Below the pieces are notes generated by a model. The model did not search any database, was not told the DNA's origin, and was given only the letters and a program-made list of their open reading frames with translations. DNA of 64,000 nucleotides from Balamuthia mandrillaris (lineage: Eukaryota): NCBI GenBank assembly GCA_031835245.2, contig JAVKOQ020000018.1:186001-250000 (forward strand), in the 5' to 3' direction. Below, piece by piece: positions 1 through 12,429 of the stretch. The position numbers were made by a program, and so were the translations under genes. Position 1 is the first letter of the stretch; each line of letters starts with the position of its first letter.

Positions 1-745
1 AGGAAAGTGCTGCTGAGCTTGTGGGGCGACTGCTAGTGTCTGAGGAGTTAGCCCTTTTGCTGGAGAGGGACCTCTACAAAGAGAGGAAGAAAAAGAAGGT
101 GCCCAAGAGGAAACCAAAGAAGAAAAAACACCGCGCCGAACCGGATCCTTTGCTAGAGATTTGGAGAAGTTTATTCAGGGACCAACGTGAGCAGTTGAGA
201 CTAAGAGTAGCCGAAAAACCATTCACAAACGAACATTTTACTCACAACTGGTGTCTGTTGTGGGACATGCATATGCTACAACGAGCAGCACTTTTACCTC
301 TGTAAGTTTTTTGTTCTTCCTATGTTGAGTGTTCTATCTTTATTTATTATTAACATTTCCAACCCCTTTCTTTTTCTCATTTGATAGAAAAAGGAATACC
401 AAGTTATTCTTGTTCATGACGGAAGAAGAGGGACGAATACTCCTCCAAGACAATTCTTCTGTCAAATGGCTGCTTCTCCCAGCACCAGAAAAAAAACGGC
501 GTGATGGACTTCGATCTATTCTCCTCTTGAAGCAAGATGGAGGCAAAGCAACCTTTCATTACCACAAGGACAAGAAAAAGTACTTGACAGCTGGCGGCGA
601 AAAGCTGAACAGTGTGCTGGAAGAACTACAAGCTAATGAGGAAGGCGAAGTCGAACCCCTTCATCAGGGTTTCTCTTCCTCTTCCTCGGTATCATCTTCG
701 CTAGCATCTATTACGACGGCGGAAGACCCACAACAGCAAGGCTAA
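1..745 (+). CDS. 3' part of an uncharacterised spliced gene (5' end outside the window)
   Basis: ORFs 21..305 and 329..745 are joined by an intron-like segment (GTAAGT at ~302 to AAAAAG at ~393); stop at 745. No recognisable domain. Confidence 0.55.
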
Positions 746-769
746 AGTGAAAGTGAACTGATATTCGTG

Positions 770-1900
770 CACTCGTATGGTGAGCCTTGTTTTGTTGTTG
801 GAAGGGTCCTCCTCCGGGAGCAGCGTGGAGTTGGTAATATCCATCCCACTGTTGCTTGTGATGCGCACAGAGCCTTGCATGCGCCTGCCTCGTGCGGGTG
901 ACACCTTGCATGGTGCCTTTCTGTGCCTTGTCGGTCGTTGGCCTTCGCTCAAGGTTAGTATTTTTTGTTTTATTCTTATTTTGTCGTTTTTGTTATGTTC
1001 CCCTCGTTGTTTTTCTATCTGTAGTCTGGGCGTCTAGCCTTTACTGTTTTGTTTTTGTTTTGTTGTTGTATTGTTCTTCTGATAATTTTTGTAATATGTT
1101 TTTTTTTTCGCTTCGTACAAAACAACAGTGAGAACGAAGGCCAACGGCCGACAAGGTTCAGAAAGGCACCATGCAAGGTGTCACCCGCACGAGGCAGGCG
1201 CATGCAAGGCTCTGTGCGCATCACAAGCAACAGTGGGATGGATATTACCAACTCCGCGCTGCTCCTCGGAGGAGGACCCTTCCAACAACAAAACAGCTCG
1301 CCACAGCAGTACACGGTTTTTTTTTATGGCCGCACGGGAATGTGTCGCCAAGAAGCGGTTGTTTGGGTTTCTCTTTCATGATTCTATTTCTCTTTTACTT
1401 GCACCTTTTTTTCAACCTTTGCTTGTACATATTCGCATGTCAAAAAGTTTTTTTTATGAATTGGCGGTTCTTCTCTGTTCTCCCTCTACAGATAATAACC
1501 AAACAAGGACCCATAGCAGAGGGCAGAAGCATGCCACGTCCCTGCCTTGCGCAGTACAAGCGTCCTACAGCAACGCCAGCTGCGTTTCTCGCAGTTCAGT
1601 TCAACCAAGTTTTTTATTGCCTTCCTGTTGGGCGTTTGAGGCCCAGCAATTCTAATACAATGGTAGAGGCCTCTTTGAGGAATCCCACACAACCTTACCC
1701 GACTTTCTGGGCAGGTATCAAAAAAAAAAACTTGTGTTTAGTTCGTTTTTGCGTCCCGGTATAAACTTGTTCTGTTCGGTTATTGTCTGCAACACTAACG
1801 AACAGTGTGGCAAGGTGTGGAGATGGAGGAGCTTGTTCTCCCATCAGGAGAATAAGGGATGGAGAGTTGATATCACCCACCGACTAAGAGCCTTATCGTA
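770..1900 (+). ncRNA. Putative spliced long non-coding or hairpin-RNA host transcript
   Basis: Three intron-like segments on + (954-1128; ~1358/1367-1491; 1715-1805 with a CACTAAC branch site before GAACAG) and no convincing spliced ORF. Ends are unknown. Confidence 0.5.
788..1295 (+). repeat. ~160 bp near-perfect inverted repeat (arms 788-947 and 1135-1295) with an intron-like spacer 954-1128
   Basis: Direct comparison of the arms shows 1 indel and 4 substitutions. The spacer begins AAG|GTTAGT, is T-rich and ends AAAACAACAG|. Confidence 0.95.
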
Positions 1901-1940
1901 AATGCTTTTCATACAGTTTCTGCTCTGTTTCCGACATCCA

Positions 1941-2012
1941 AGCCCCATGGTGTAGTTGGTAACATGCGAGGTTCTGGTTCTCGCGCCCTCAGTTCGATTC
2001 TGGGTGGGGCTG
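1941..2012 (+). tRNA. tRNA-Gln (CTG)
   Basis: Cloverleaf: acceptor AGCCCCA/TGGGGCT, D-arm TGGTGTAGTTGGTAACA, anticodon loop TTCTGGT, T-loop GTTCGATTC; T-run downstream. Confidence 0.93.
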
Positions 2013-2148
2013 CATCTCTTTTGTTGTTTGTTTATTTTTTTTCCTTCTGTTCGATGCCCACCGCAAGCGTCCGATTTTTTTTTTCCAGACACTTTTCAAG
2101 ACAAGGCTGAAAGGAAAGGTGCCGTGAACGCCGAAGCCTTGAATCCAG

Positions 2149-3929
2149 ATGGAAGGAGGAGGTACTGCTTGTGATTTCTTTGTCCAGACTTGCTGTCTTG
2201 TTTTTGTTTTTGTTTTTTCATCAAACTTTTAATCAACAACGAATAATTTTTTTTTTAAAAAAATAGCAACCGAGACGCCGTTAACGCAAGCCCAAATCGA
2301 AGAGGCGGTAGAGGCGCTCTTCCCGGAGGCCGTGGAGATGCTCTCCCAGCTGGTCGCCATCGACTCTCAGCTGTGCTGCCAGGGCGAGGCCAAAGTGCAG
2401 GACTTTATGGAGAGCTTCTTCAAGTCCTCGCTGAACCTCTCCCGCGTGGACCGTTTTGCCATTCGCCTGGAGGACATCAAGGACCTGCCCGGCTACAGCC
2501 CCGCTGATTGGAACTACGACGGCAAGGACTGCGTGGTGGGCGTTCACAAATCTCGCACTCAAAAAGGTTGCTCTGTCTGTCTTGTCATTTGGGAGGGATC
2601 TCTCATCTTCTTCGCTACACGACTTGGCTCATCTCTCCACTCCACTCCTCTCCTCTACTCAATTCAGGAAAGAGCTTGATCTTGAATGGCCATGTGGACG
2701 TGGTGCCGCCAGGCCCAAGCGACATGTGGAGCAACCGTCAGCCCTTTGAGCCGGTCATCAAGGATGGCCGCCTCTACGGCCGAGGCGCTGGCGACATGAA
2801 GGCCGGCGTGGTGGCCTACTGCATGGCCCTCAAGGCCCTCCAATCCCTGGGCTACGCCCCGGCAGCAGACCTGTTCCTTCAGTCCGTGGTGGAGGAGGAG
2901 TGCACAGGCAACGGCGCCTTGGCGTGCTCCGTGGGCAAGGGATCCCTCTACAAAGCCGATGCTTGCATCATCCCCGAGCCTTTCGCCGGCACCATCATGA
3001 CTGGTCAACTGGGAGTTATGTGGATGCGGATCAGGGTTAGAGGCAGGCCTGCCCATGTGCTGAATACCAGCGCGGGCATCAATGGCATCGAGGCAGCTTA
3101 TTACCTGTATGGCGAGCTCAAGCAGGTGGAGGAGAGGTGGAACTCTGCGGAGGAGCGAGCCAAGCATCCTGTTTACAGCCACATCGCTCATCCTATCAAC
3201 TTTAACCTGGTTCGTCTTTGTTTTGTTTTCTCTTTTTTCCCTTTGCCAATGATCTTAACTGTACTGGAAACCAACAGGGCACTATTACTGGAGGAGAATG
3301 GGCCTCGAGTGTAGCTACCGGTTCGCCACGCTTTACCTGTTTCTTTCACTCATTGAAGGTTAAAACTCATCTTATGTTTTCTTCATGAAAGAATGTACAT
3401 TCGATGTGCGGATAGGATTTTTCCCAGGAAAGCAGCTGCAGGAGGTTCGTGAGGAAATAGAAACGGCCGTGAAGGACGCTGCTGCCAAGAAGAACATTCC
3501 TTACACCCTCCAATGGCGTGGATTCCAGGCCGAAGGATGCCTCATTGATCCCGAGGTACCTTTTCTCATCTTCTCTCTCTCATATCTTGTCTTTTCTCTT
3601 TACATTGTTCCCTTGTTCTTTGTTCTGTTCCTTTTGTTTCTTTTTCTTTCTTTCTCGTGTTAACTTCTAAAAAATAGGGAGACATGATGAAGTTATTAGG
3701 AGCAACCCACAAAAAAGTGACCAACCAAGAACCAATCTACGCGCCAGTAACGTGCACCACCGATGCTCGCTTCTTCCAACTCTACCAAGGCACCCCAGCC
3801 ACTTGCTATGGCCCCGAAGCCACCAACATTCATGGCATTGACGAGTCGGTGAGCTTGGAGAGCATGAAGCAGGTTTGTAAGGTTTTGGCAGTCTTCATCT
3901 CTGAATGGTGTGGCCTTGAAACTCTTTGA
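2149..3929 (+). CDS. M20 family metallopeptidase, ArgE/DapE-like deacylase (multi-exon)
   Basis: Motifs LNGHVDVVP, YGRGAGDMK, VEEE, IIPEP, GRPAH, TDARF and NIHGIDE lie across exons; GT-AG introns. Confidence 0.9.
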
Positions 3930-4086
3930 ACGTGATAAAAGAACAAGAAGAATAGATACTTCATCATAACGCGGAAGCAAACAAGAGAAGGAAGAAGAAA
4001 TGATGATGCAAGAAAAGTTAAAGAAGGAAGAAGCAGATGGAAAGAAGGAAGAAATGGAACAGTTCAAATTGAAAAAAAACAAGAGC

Positions 4087-5295
4087 TCAAAAGATGGTAA
4101 GCAAAGCAAAGCAAGTGTAGACAAGACCGACAGGATAAGCCACCAACAACCGCTGCTCCTTCATCGTCAACAACGTCACGAACATGAGCGCCGCCGAGTG
4201 GGTGCACCAGGCTATCGTCAGAAAGGCCAGCACGTATCCCACCACGCTGTTCATGGAGACCAACAGGGAGAGACCGGCGAGGAGGACCATGGGGAGCAGG
4301 CAATACCCCAGAACGCTCGTTGTTTTGTAGATGTCAATCCCGCTTTCGCTCATCAGGTTGAGCACGATGAAGATGCTGAGGCAGCCGAATGTGCCGATGC
4401 CGTAGATGTACCCAAAGTGGATCTTTCCGGTCTGTTATTGTGGCAGCGGTTGTGGTTGTTGATTAGTGGGACAAAGAAGGAATGAGAGAGAAAGAGAATG
4501 AGACAGAGCGATGATGAGTGAATGAAACAGAAGGAGAAAGAGATAGAGAAATAGAAAGAAGGAGAAAGAGAAATAAAGAGAGAAAAAGAAAAAGAGATGA
4601 GTGAACGAAACAGAGGGAGAAAGAGATAGAGAAATAGAAAGAAGGAGAAAGGAGAGAGAGAGAGAGAGAAATAAAGTGAGGGAGGGAGGGGGAGAGGGGA
4701 GAGAGGGAGAGAGAAGAAGCGAGAAGATAGAAAAGAAACGTGGAAAAAAATAAAGAGCGAGAGAAGAGTTAACAAACAACAGCTAACAGAGAAATGAAAG
4801 AGTCTGTTGTTCTTTGCGGAGAAAGAACAAGAAGAAACAGCGAGGCAGAAATAAATACCAAAAGCAAAAAGCCACCAAGGAGTAAACAAAACATGAGAGG
4901 ACCGGCGAGGTCGCGGTCGCCAATGATCTCAGGGTCCAAGCGTCTGGAGAATGGGTTCAGCACGGCAAATGTCTTTTGCCGAATGTGTCCAAAGTTGATT
5001 CCAATCTCTACGCAGGGAGAGATCAAAGCGAGCAGAACAAGTTCAGGACGATGTTAACAGCGAGAATGAAGAAGAAAAGAGAAAACAAAAGAGAAGAGTA
5101 GAGGAGAAGAGAAGAGTAGATGAAGAAAGAGGACATACCTTCAAGTAAGGGAGGTTCGTCTTCAAAGGACGTCTCAACAAAGGAGCGACCAGACAGGAAC
5201 TGAGGACCCTCACCGCCACCCACTTGCCCGTCCATGCTATCTTCTCCATAGGCAGAAGGGAAGAACTGCAACGTCTGTTCATCTGTGTTGCCCAT
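4087..5295 (-). CDS. YIP1: Yip1-domain Golgi/ER membrane protein (YIPF5/YIP1-like)
   Basis: FEDEPPLLE, EIGINFGHI, DLAGPLMFCL, SVLGYCLLP and LVAYPVGLVY motifs. Start codon approximate. Confidence 0.88.
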
Positions 5296-5838
5296 CGCTG
5301 AAAGAGAGACAAAAAGAGGAGAAAAAAAAGCAACAGTTAGTTCATCATCACCAACAAAAAAACGAACAAGGATAAGTGCACTGACATGAATCCTGCCAAA
5401 ACCCTTGACCACCAGGCGAACCACTAGCGTCGTACATCATTTCGTTCACTTCACCACCAAGAAGAAGAGGTCCACTCGATCGTCACCACCGTTCTCTCTC
5501 TCTCTCTCTCTTTTTTTTGACTGTTGCTGCACGAGGAGTCTTATTGATGGTCACCACGTCATCATATGTCGACAACTTAAGGTCTGATCGATCGGATCAG
5601 ATTGTCGACATCGATATTATTCATGTCGACAAATGAGCAGAGAACGAAGGAAGCGAAGTGTTACCTTTGTTGGTGGGCGTGGTTATTGCTCTTTTCCATG
5701 AAGACTAAATGCAGCGGAGAGGGCATCCTGGCTACCAAAGTAGTTGAAAGAATTGATCCTTTGATACCTCCTTTCCTTAGCCTTTTTTTTTAGCCTTTTT
5801 ATTTTATTTTTTTTAAAAATAAATTAAAATTGAAGCAA

Positions 5839-7442
5839 ATGGGAGCAACGCAGAGCGCGCAGCAAAGCGAAGACCTCTTTGCGGCGGTACTGCAGGAAGG
5901 GGTGCGTAGAAGCGTGGTGAGCTCGGGCCAAGCCGAACAGCTCCTGCAGCTCTTGCAGCAGCAGCTGCTGTCTTCCTCCGCCTCACCTTTGTTGGAGGAT
6001 GTTGCCGCGTCGGGTTTGCCGGGCTCCTCCTTTCACCTGTCCCATGTCTTGTACTACTTGGGAGGGTTGGTGGCCGTCTCCTCCATGACCGCCTTTCTTG
6101 CCATGAGCAAAAACTTTTACGGCAACAAAGCGCTGTTGGGTCTGACCTCGGCCTACGCTTGTGTTGGTCTGGCCGCCACTTCGTTTCTGGACTACAAGGG
6201 CTACGGGTTCGCTTGTTCTCTGCTAGCTTTATTTCTCACTTTCTCTTGGCCTTATCTATTGCCTTTCTTCTTCTCTCTCCCTCGCTATTTCTTCTTTCTT
6301 CTTCTGATCAAAACAGAACGCCAGCCGCAGTTCTAGCCACCTTCACTGTGTCTCTCGTCCCGGTGCTCACCTATGGCGTCCAGGAAACGGTTGGCTTTTT
6401 TGCCTCTCCTTACGACAACAACGGCCAGCTCCAAGACAGAACCCTGTGGCGTCGTCTGCTCTACGCCGATGCCCGTTTCTTGCCGCAAGCGTTGATCACT
6501 TTGGCAGCCAGCTTGCTCATGTTCAGGCACTATCGGTACCCGCTGTTGACGTTACCGATGTCGGCGGCCGCCTTCTTTGCGGTGTGGGATGCTCTGCCGA
6601 TTATCAGCTCTTCCCGAACCAGGTCGAATCGCCTGAGTACTACGCAATGTACGTATTGCTTTTGTCCCGTTGGTCTTGCTTCCCGTCTTGTAGTTTCTTT
6701 TTGCAGCTTCGAACTCCTATCTCTCTTCCATAGTTATCCTTTCTTCGTCTTCTATCCTCACCCTCTGTGTAACTAAAACAAAAACCTAGATCTTTCCCTA
6801 CGAGACATGCCATACACCCGTTCCCTGATGCTCTGCTTTGGAGTGGCCTATCTCGCTCTAGCCCGCGTGATAGAGAAGCACCAACACGTGCTTACCGCTT
6901 CCTCTGAGGACTACAGTCTCTGGCTCTTCTGCGCGGGTGCCCTCTGCACCTCCGTTCCAGCCTACTTCAACTGGTTCTGGGGCGATAAAAACGATTGGAG
7001 GCATCCATTGCTTCACTCTGGGTTGGTCCTGCTGGGGCTCGTTTGGAAGAGGTCCTTTGTGTATTGGACTGGCCTAACGGGGGTGGTGGCGGGCCTCTTT
7101 GGACTCATTGTCACCAAAACTCTGGATTCGCCTCGTCACAGAGGGAACTGGCCTTTACATGCTGCGGCTATCACCCTGGTGGACTTGGCCATGGCCGTTG
7201 TGGGTCCTGCCTTGGGCAAGAAGCATCTGAGCGTCTTTGGAGGAGCGAATCTTTTGGTGCTGTTGGCGGTTGTCTCAGGGAGAATGTGCAGCAACAGGCC
7301 GTTCCTGTTCACCGCGGCGCTGACGGGGTTGGGTTTGGGGACGGTGGTATCGGGCGTGGTGTTCAGGAATAACGAGGACTGGCTGGCATCGTTGTTGAGC
7401 CCATTAGGCCCAATCTTGCAACATGCGTTGAGCTGGCTGTAA
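5839..7442 (+). CDS. Polytopic membrane protein, DUF2157-like
   Basis: Many hydrophobic segments. SHVLYYLGGLVAVSSMT resembles, from memory, bacterial DUF2157-type membrane proteins. Three exons. Confidence 0.65.
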
Positions 7443-7919
7443 TATAACTTTATCCATTACTGACTACAAGTCTTTGTTTCATACGTCAGCAAAGAAAGGG
7501 ATCGTCTTCACTTCAGACCTTGGAAATGGTCGTAGTGGCAGAGGAGAAGCGAATGCAACAGTGCCTGCACTTGTCTTCAACAGAGAGACGTGTTCATGGT
7601 TGAATAAGCCCAGGAGTTGCCTTCCTGAAGCAGAGCTTGAGAGCTGAATCGTTGGGAGCGTACCAATAACGATAGACAACGTCCCCCCTTGAGTGAAACC
7701 CAAGTGAATGAGGAGTAAGGGGTTAGGGGAATGGCCAACCAGTCGACATTGTTTGTGCTTGCACCTTCATGCGAACTGCAAGTTATGTATGACCTGCACC
7801 CTTTGCTTTCGGTATTTAATTCTACTGCGGTGACAGGCCGGAGGAGGAGCATGCAAAGGAAACGCGACGTCTGCTTGGGTTCATTTTCTTATATTCTTTA
7901 TTTTTTTTCCCTTTTTTAT

Positions 7920-8054
7920 TCTGTTTTTTTGTTGTTTTGTTGTTTTTGTTGTTTTGTTGTTTTTGTTGTTTTTTTGTTGTTTTGTTGTTTTTGTTGTTTT
8001 TTTGTTTTGTTTTGTTTTGTTTTGTTTTGTTTTGTTTTGTTTTGTTTTGTTTTG

Positions 8055-8085
<31 letters not shown>
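7920..8085 (+). repeat. (GTTTT)n / (GTT)n microsatellite
   Basis: Visible tandem repeat inside an intron-like segment at ~7879-8102. Confidence 0.9.
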
Positions 8086-8214
8086 GCGCTGCACTCTTAA
8101 AGAATATCGAAAGGTCGCTTTTGCCAATTAGGAACTTGTCTGAAGCACAGCAAGTGGGTTATACTAACTAGTCTTTTTTTTTTTCTTGCTTTGTGACAGA
8201 CGAACATTACATTG

Positions 8215-9910
8215 CTAATGTTGAATGTGGTTTTGAAAGTCACTTAAACTGCGGCTGCGTGACAGGGTTCTCTTTCGTGTCACAGTGTTAATATCGGAAG
8301 CCAACTTCTTTATGATGATGGCGGATGCTGATTTAGGGGAAGGGAGAGCATCTGTTGACAAAGATGACGAAGACGAAGATGACGGAGACACGGGCGAAGG
8401 AGAAGATGAAGATTGTGAAGCAGGATCGGATGAAGTATTGGATTCTATCTCAATGACAGGAAGCGTGCGCAGTGTGGAAGAAGAAGAAGAAGAAGAAGAA
8501 CCAGAGGAAGAGGAAGAAGAAGTTGTAATTGAAGAGAAAGTAGATGGGAAAGCAGTGGAAGTCGGAATTTCCGTTTTCTTTCGTTCCAGGATAGCGGAAG
8601 GAACAGCTGGAGAGAAAACAAAAGGCGAGGAAGCAGTAGCCGAGGAAGAAGATGATGAATAATGCGTTAAGAAAGCAGCGGTAGAGGATGCAGAAGAAGC
8701 GCATAAAACAGAACCAGCACCTGCAGGTAGAATGGTTCGTCCCATTGGGTTGCCATCTTGATTCTGGCGAGGGTGAAAACGTTTGTTGCGGAGAACTGTG
8801 TTGGTACCGTCGCAAGCATGTTGAATGGTTTGAGTGAGGACGCGAAGAGATGTCACCCATTGGTCTTCCTCTTGTTTGTCTAGTCCGCGAAAGTGGTATG
8901 CTTTCTCTTCTGTTATCAGTTGAAAGCCGTTTCCTGCATTGCCTGGTTTTATTCATCAAGATTAGATGTTTGGCAGCAAGAAGAGCGAGAGAGCAGAGGG
9001 CAGAGAGAAAGAGAGAAGCAATATAACAAACCATGATCCTCCACAATCAGGGTTTTTGCAGTAAGCGGTATCGTTTCTAACCACTGATATGCATCAGCCG
9101 CACTATTATTAACAGTATGTGCACCGTTATCCGCCGAAGAAGGATTGTCCTCATTTCTTCGAGGAGAGGTGGGGGAAAGAAAAGATGAAGTCGGAGCAGA
9201 ACTAGCAAATGGCACCGCAGCAGAAGAAGAAGGAGAAGGAGCAGAAAACGTGGAAAAAACGGCACTTCCTCTCTTCCACGCTTTAAACTTCTTCTTCAAT
9301 GTCCCACCCAATGTGTTAGTGAGGTGCTTCGTTTTGCCGTTTGCTCTCTGTTGCGCGATTATCAACATGTCTGTGAAAAGAAAACATTGCAACACAGTTT
9401 CGTGTTGAATGTCGGCTCCGAAGTTTTTGTTGCGTTGATGGTGCTGAGGCGGGGAAGAAGCGGACATGTTAATATCGTCTTTTGCTGGCAGCCTGCTTCT
9501 TCGGAAGGATTTCTTCTTCAACCCAACAGTACCGGAGGAGAAAAAAGAAGGCGAAGACGTAGACTTGATGATTTTTGGAGAAGCAGATGAAGTTAAAGCA
9601 GGAGAAGAAGCGGAAGAAGAGGACAATGAGGAACCAGACGGAGAAGAAGATGATCCAGGTGTAGCAGACAAAGATGGTGCTGAAGCAGAAGAAGATGAAC
9701 CAGGTGTATGAAAAGGAGTAGATGGGTTGCGATGGGCAGAAGCCAGCAAGCGATGAGTTGAAGTTGTGACGAGTTGAGTTGGACGTCTCGCAGGAATGGC
9801 TGACACAACCACAAGTTTTCCTTGTTGACGGAGATGTCGACCTGGAACCACTATTGGCTGTTTTGAGTTAAAGTTAGCATCTTTGCTCTGATGAAAGCAA
9901 AGAGGCAGAA

Positions 9911-9960
<50 letters not shown>

Positions 9961-10562
9961 AAAATAGTACTTCGTAATAACCAAAAAGAGTTTCTTGCAC
10001 AGCAATGAGCTGTTGGATGCGGTCCGACTCCTCTTTCTTTTGGTCTATGTAACCGGTAAGTTCTTTCATCTTTTCAAGAGCATGATTCAGGTCCTCCCAA
10101 TCAGGATGTTCCACATAAGTGTTGCTCACCAAGTCCTTTAGTATTCGTTTTTATAAATGTTGCAAAAGTTAAAAAAGACAAAAAACAAACTTACAAAGCA
10201 AAAAAGCAACTCAAAAGAACCAGAGGAGAGAAAGTTATACCCGCAATAATAAAACGTATCGAGGAATGCGTTGAACAGGCATTATAAGGAAAGAGTTGAG
10301 ATTGTTGCGGTTACATTCGCGCCGGCGCTCCAAGTAATGAATGTAAGCCCTGAAATCTTCTTTTTGTGCCTTTAACTTGGCCAAAAGCATTATTGCTTTG
10401 TCGTATTGGTTCACGTAGGATGTGTACACCTTCATAAAGGATACCTTAAATAATTTTGTTTAAAAAAAGAGTCAAAACGATAACAATCAGATAACGATTG
10501 TTTTGCTCTCTGCCTCTCTCTTTTCGCCCATTGCTCGATTGTTGTCGCTCGTTCTGTTCTCA

Positions 10563-10598
<36 letters not shown>

Positions 10599-10909
10599 CT
10601 CGCTCTCCTCTCAAACCTACCATTCTCTTGAAGATATCTCCAAGACATTGATCAAAGGACCACTCTGCCATTCTCTCCTCCAAATCATGCAACAACTCCG
10701 ACTGATACCCCAAAATGACTTCCCACTCGGAGAACAACGCCTTTCGATTGGCATTGGACAGCAAAACCGGGCCAGCGAGTTTCAACGGTTTGATGAAGAA
10801 CTCAACAACCGTTCGTAGGTTGTTGACATACGCCTTTTCAGAATTGTATATCTCGCGAGCGATCTTTGTTCGTTTCCCTATTATTTAGTGGTTAGCTTTG
10901 AGAGGCAAT

Positions 10910-10977
<68 letters not shown>

Positions 10978-11756
10978 CACGTACAAGTCATGCGATAGAA
11001 CAACTTCCAGCTGTCCACCTCAACGCGGCGACCTCCAGAAACTATCAAACTACCTTTCAATGGAAGAGCAATTCCTCCTGTCTTCTGCTTCAATGCCGGC
11101 AAGTTTGTCTTTCGGATGTAAGCTGGTGAACCTTTCTTTTGTTGCGTTTGTTGCTTGTTGTTATTTGGTTGTTGAACTTTGCGAAGGACCCAAGTGGTGC
11201 TGCGATGACGAACGTGTTGAGACTTGCTGAAAAAGTTCTTCCAGAGTTCATCGCTGCAACTAAGTTTGTTCCACTTCCGGTGTACCTATTTTTGTAAAAA
11301 TGAGAAGAGAGGAGAGGATAGAGCAGGGAGAGGAGAGCAGGGAGGATAGGGGAGAGGGAGAGCAGATAGGAGAGAGCAGCAGAGAGCGTAGAGAGGAGAG
11401 AGCGAGAAGAAAGAAGTGAACAGAGAGAAGCGCACAAGAGCAACAATAGCAAGCTCTCTTGGAGAAAATAAGGCAAAGATCCGAAGTATTATGTCGTCAG
11501 GGAGGTTGAAGCCGTCCTCTTCCTTCTCCTCTTTCTCTTCCTCCGTTGCTGCTTCCGCTTCTTCGTCATTCAATTCTTCTTCGTCTGCGTTTTTAACTTC
11601 TTCTCCTTCCTTTACTTTCTCGTTTTCTTCTTCGTCTCCTTCCACATCCAAATCCACGAGGGTCACGTCCCCTGCGGCTGCTTCCTCCCCCTTCTCTTCT
11701 CCGCACAAAAGAGTTTGCTCCGCTGCGGCCGCCGGACCCACGTAGTGTTCTTCCAT
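8215..11756 (-). CDS. F-box + RhoGEF (DH) + PH protein, paralogue 1
   Basis: F-box LPDDIILRIFALFSPREL; DH motifs EIYNSEKAYV, KVYTSYVNQYD, SFLIMPVQRIPRYVLLL and HPDWEDL; split PH (CFLFTDMLIIA). Confidence 0.88.
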
Positions 11757-12429
11757 CTGTTTTTGAGTATTTTATTATTATTATTATTATTGTTGTAAGA
11801 AACTAAACCCCGGAGAAGCGAAAGAAGAGACGCACCTTGGAAGAGTGGTTTGTCAAACTTGTTTCGATCTTCTTTTGTTTTGTTGCAACCGTTCCTTTCT
11901 TTTTTTTTTTGCAACTCCGCGAAAAACTCAGCATCCTATAACGACATTTGTAAGATTTCCGATTGGACATTTGAAATCAAAGGATCACATTTCATTGGTT
12001 TTTTGAAAATTGACGGTATGATTGGTTCTTTGAAATGATCAATCTAAATTTCAATAATTTTTCCATAGATTTTCTTATGTAAATAGCCGTAATTATACGA
12101 TTATTCATTGGTTGTTTGATGAACATTTTATCCGGTGATCTTTGTGACGTCATCTTATTAGTGTAATTTATTAATTGGACTGCTATAATGCGTTACACCA
12201 AAAGACAACAGCAACCCAGCTGTACCCAAAAAAAAAAAAAAAAAAAACGCGCGAAGAGCAAGAGGTTTGACTTTTAAGAAAACAAAAGGAAGGAAGATCC
12301 CCTTAGTTCTTTGATTTTTTTTTGTTCCTGTTCCTTATTTTTTTTTCCTATTTCTGTTAAGACGCCCTCTTTCTTTTTTCTCTCTCTTTCTCTCTCTCTT
12401 TTTTTGTATAAAACTGCAAAAAGAAAAGA

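Noticed and set aside
788..947. Repeat arm as a known snRNA, 5S or SRP RNA
   Set aside because: I could not recognise U1/U2/U4/U5/U6, 5S or SRP signature sequences; an Rfam search would be needed to exclude them fully.
701..1381. Paired similar short ORFs as duplicated protein genes
   Set aside because: The similarity arises only from the inverted repeat; no domain, and an indel between arms breaks the frame.
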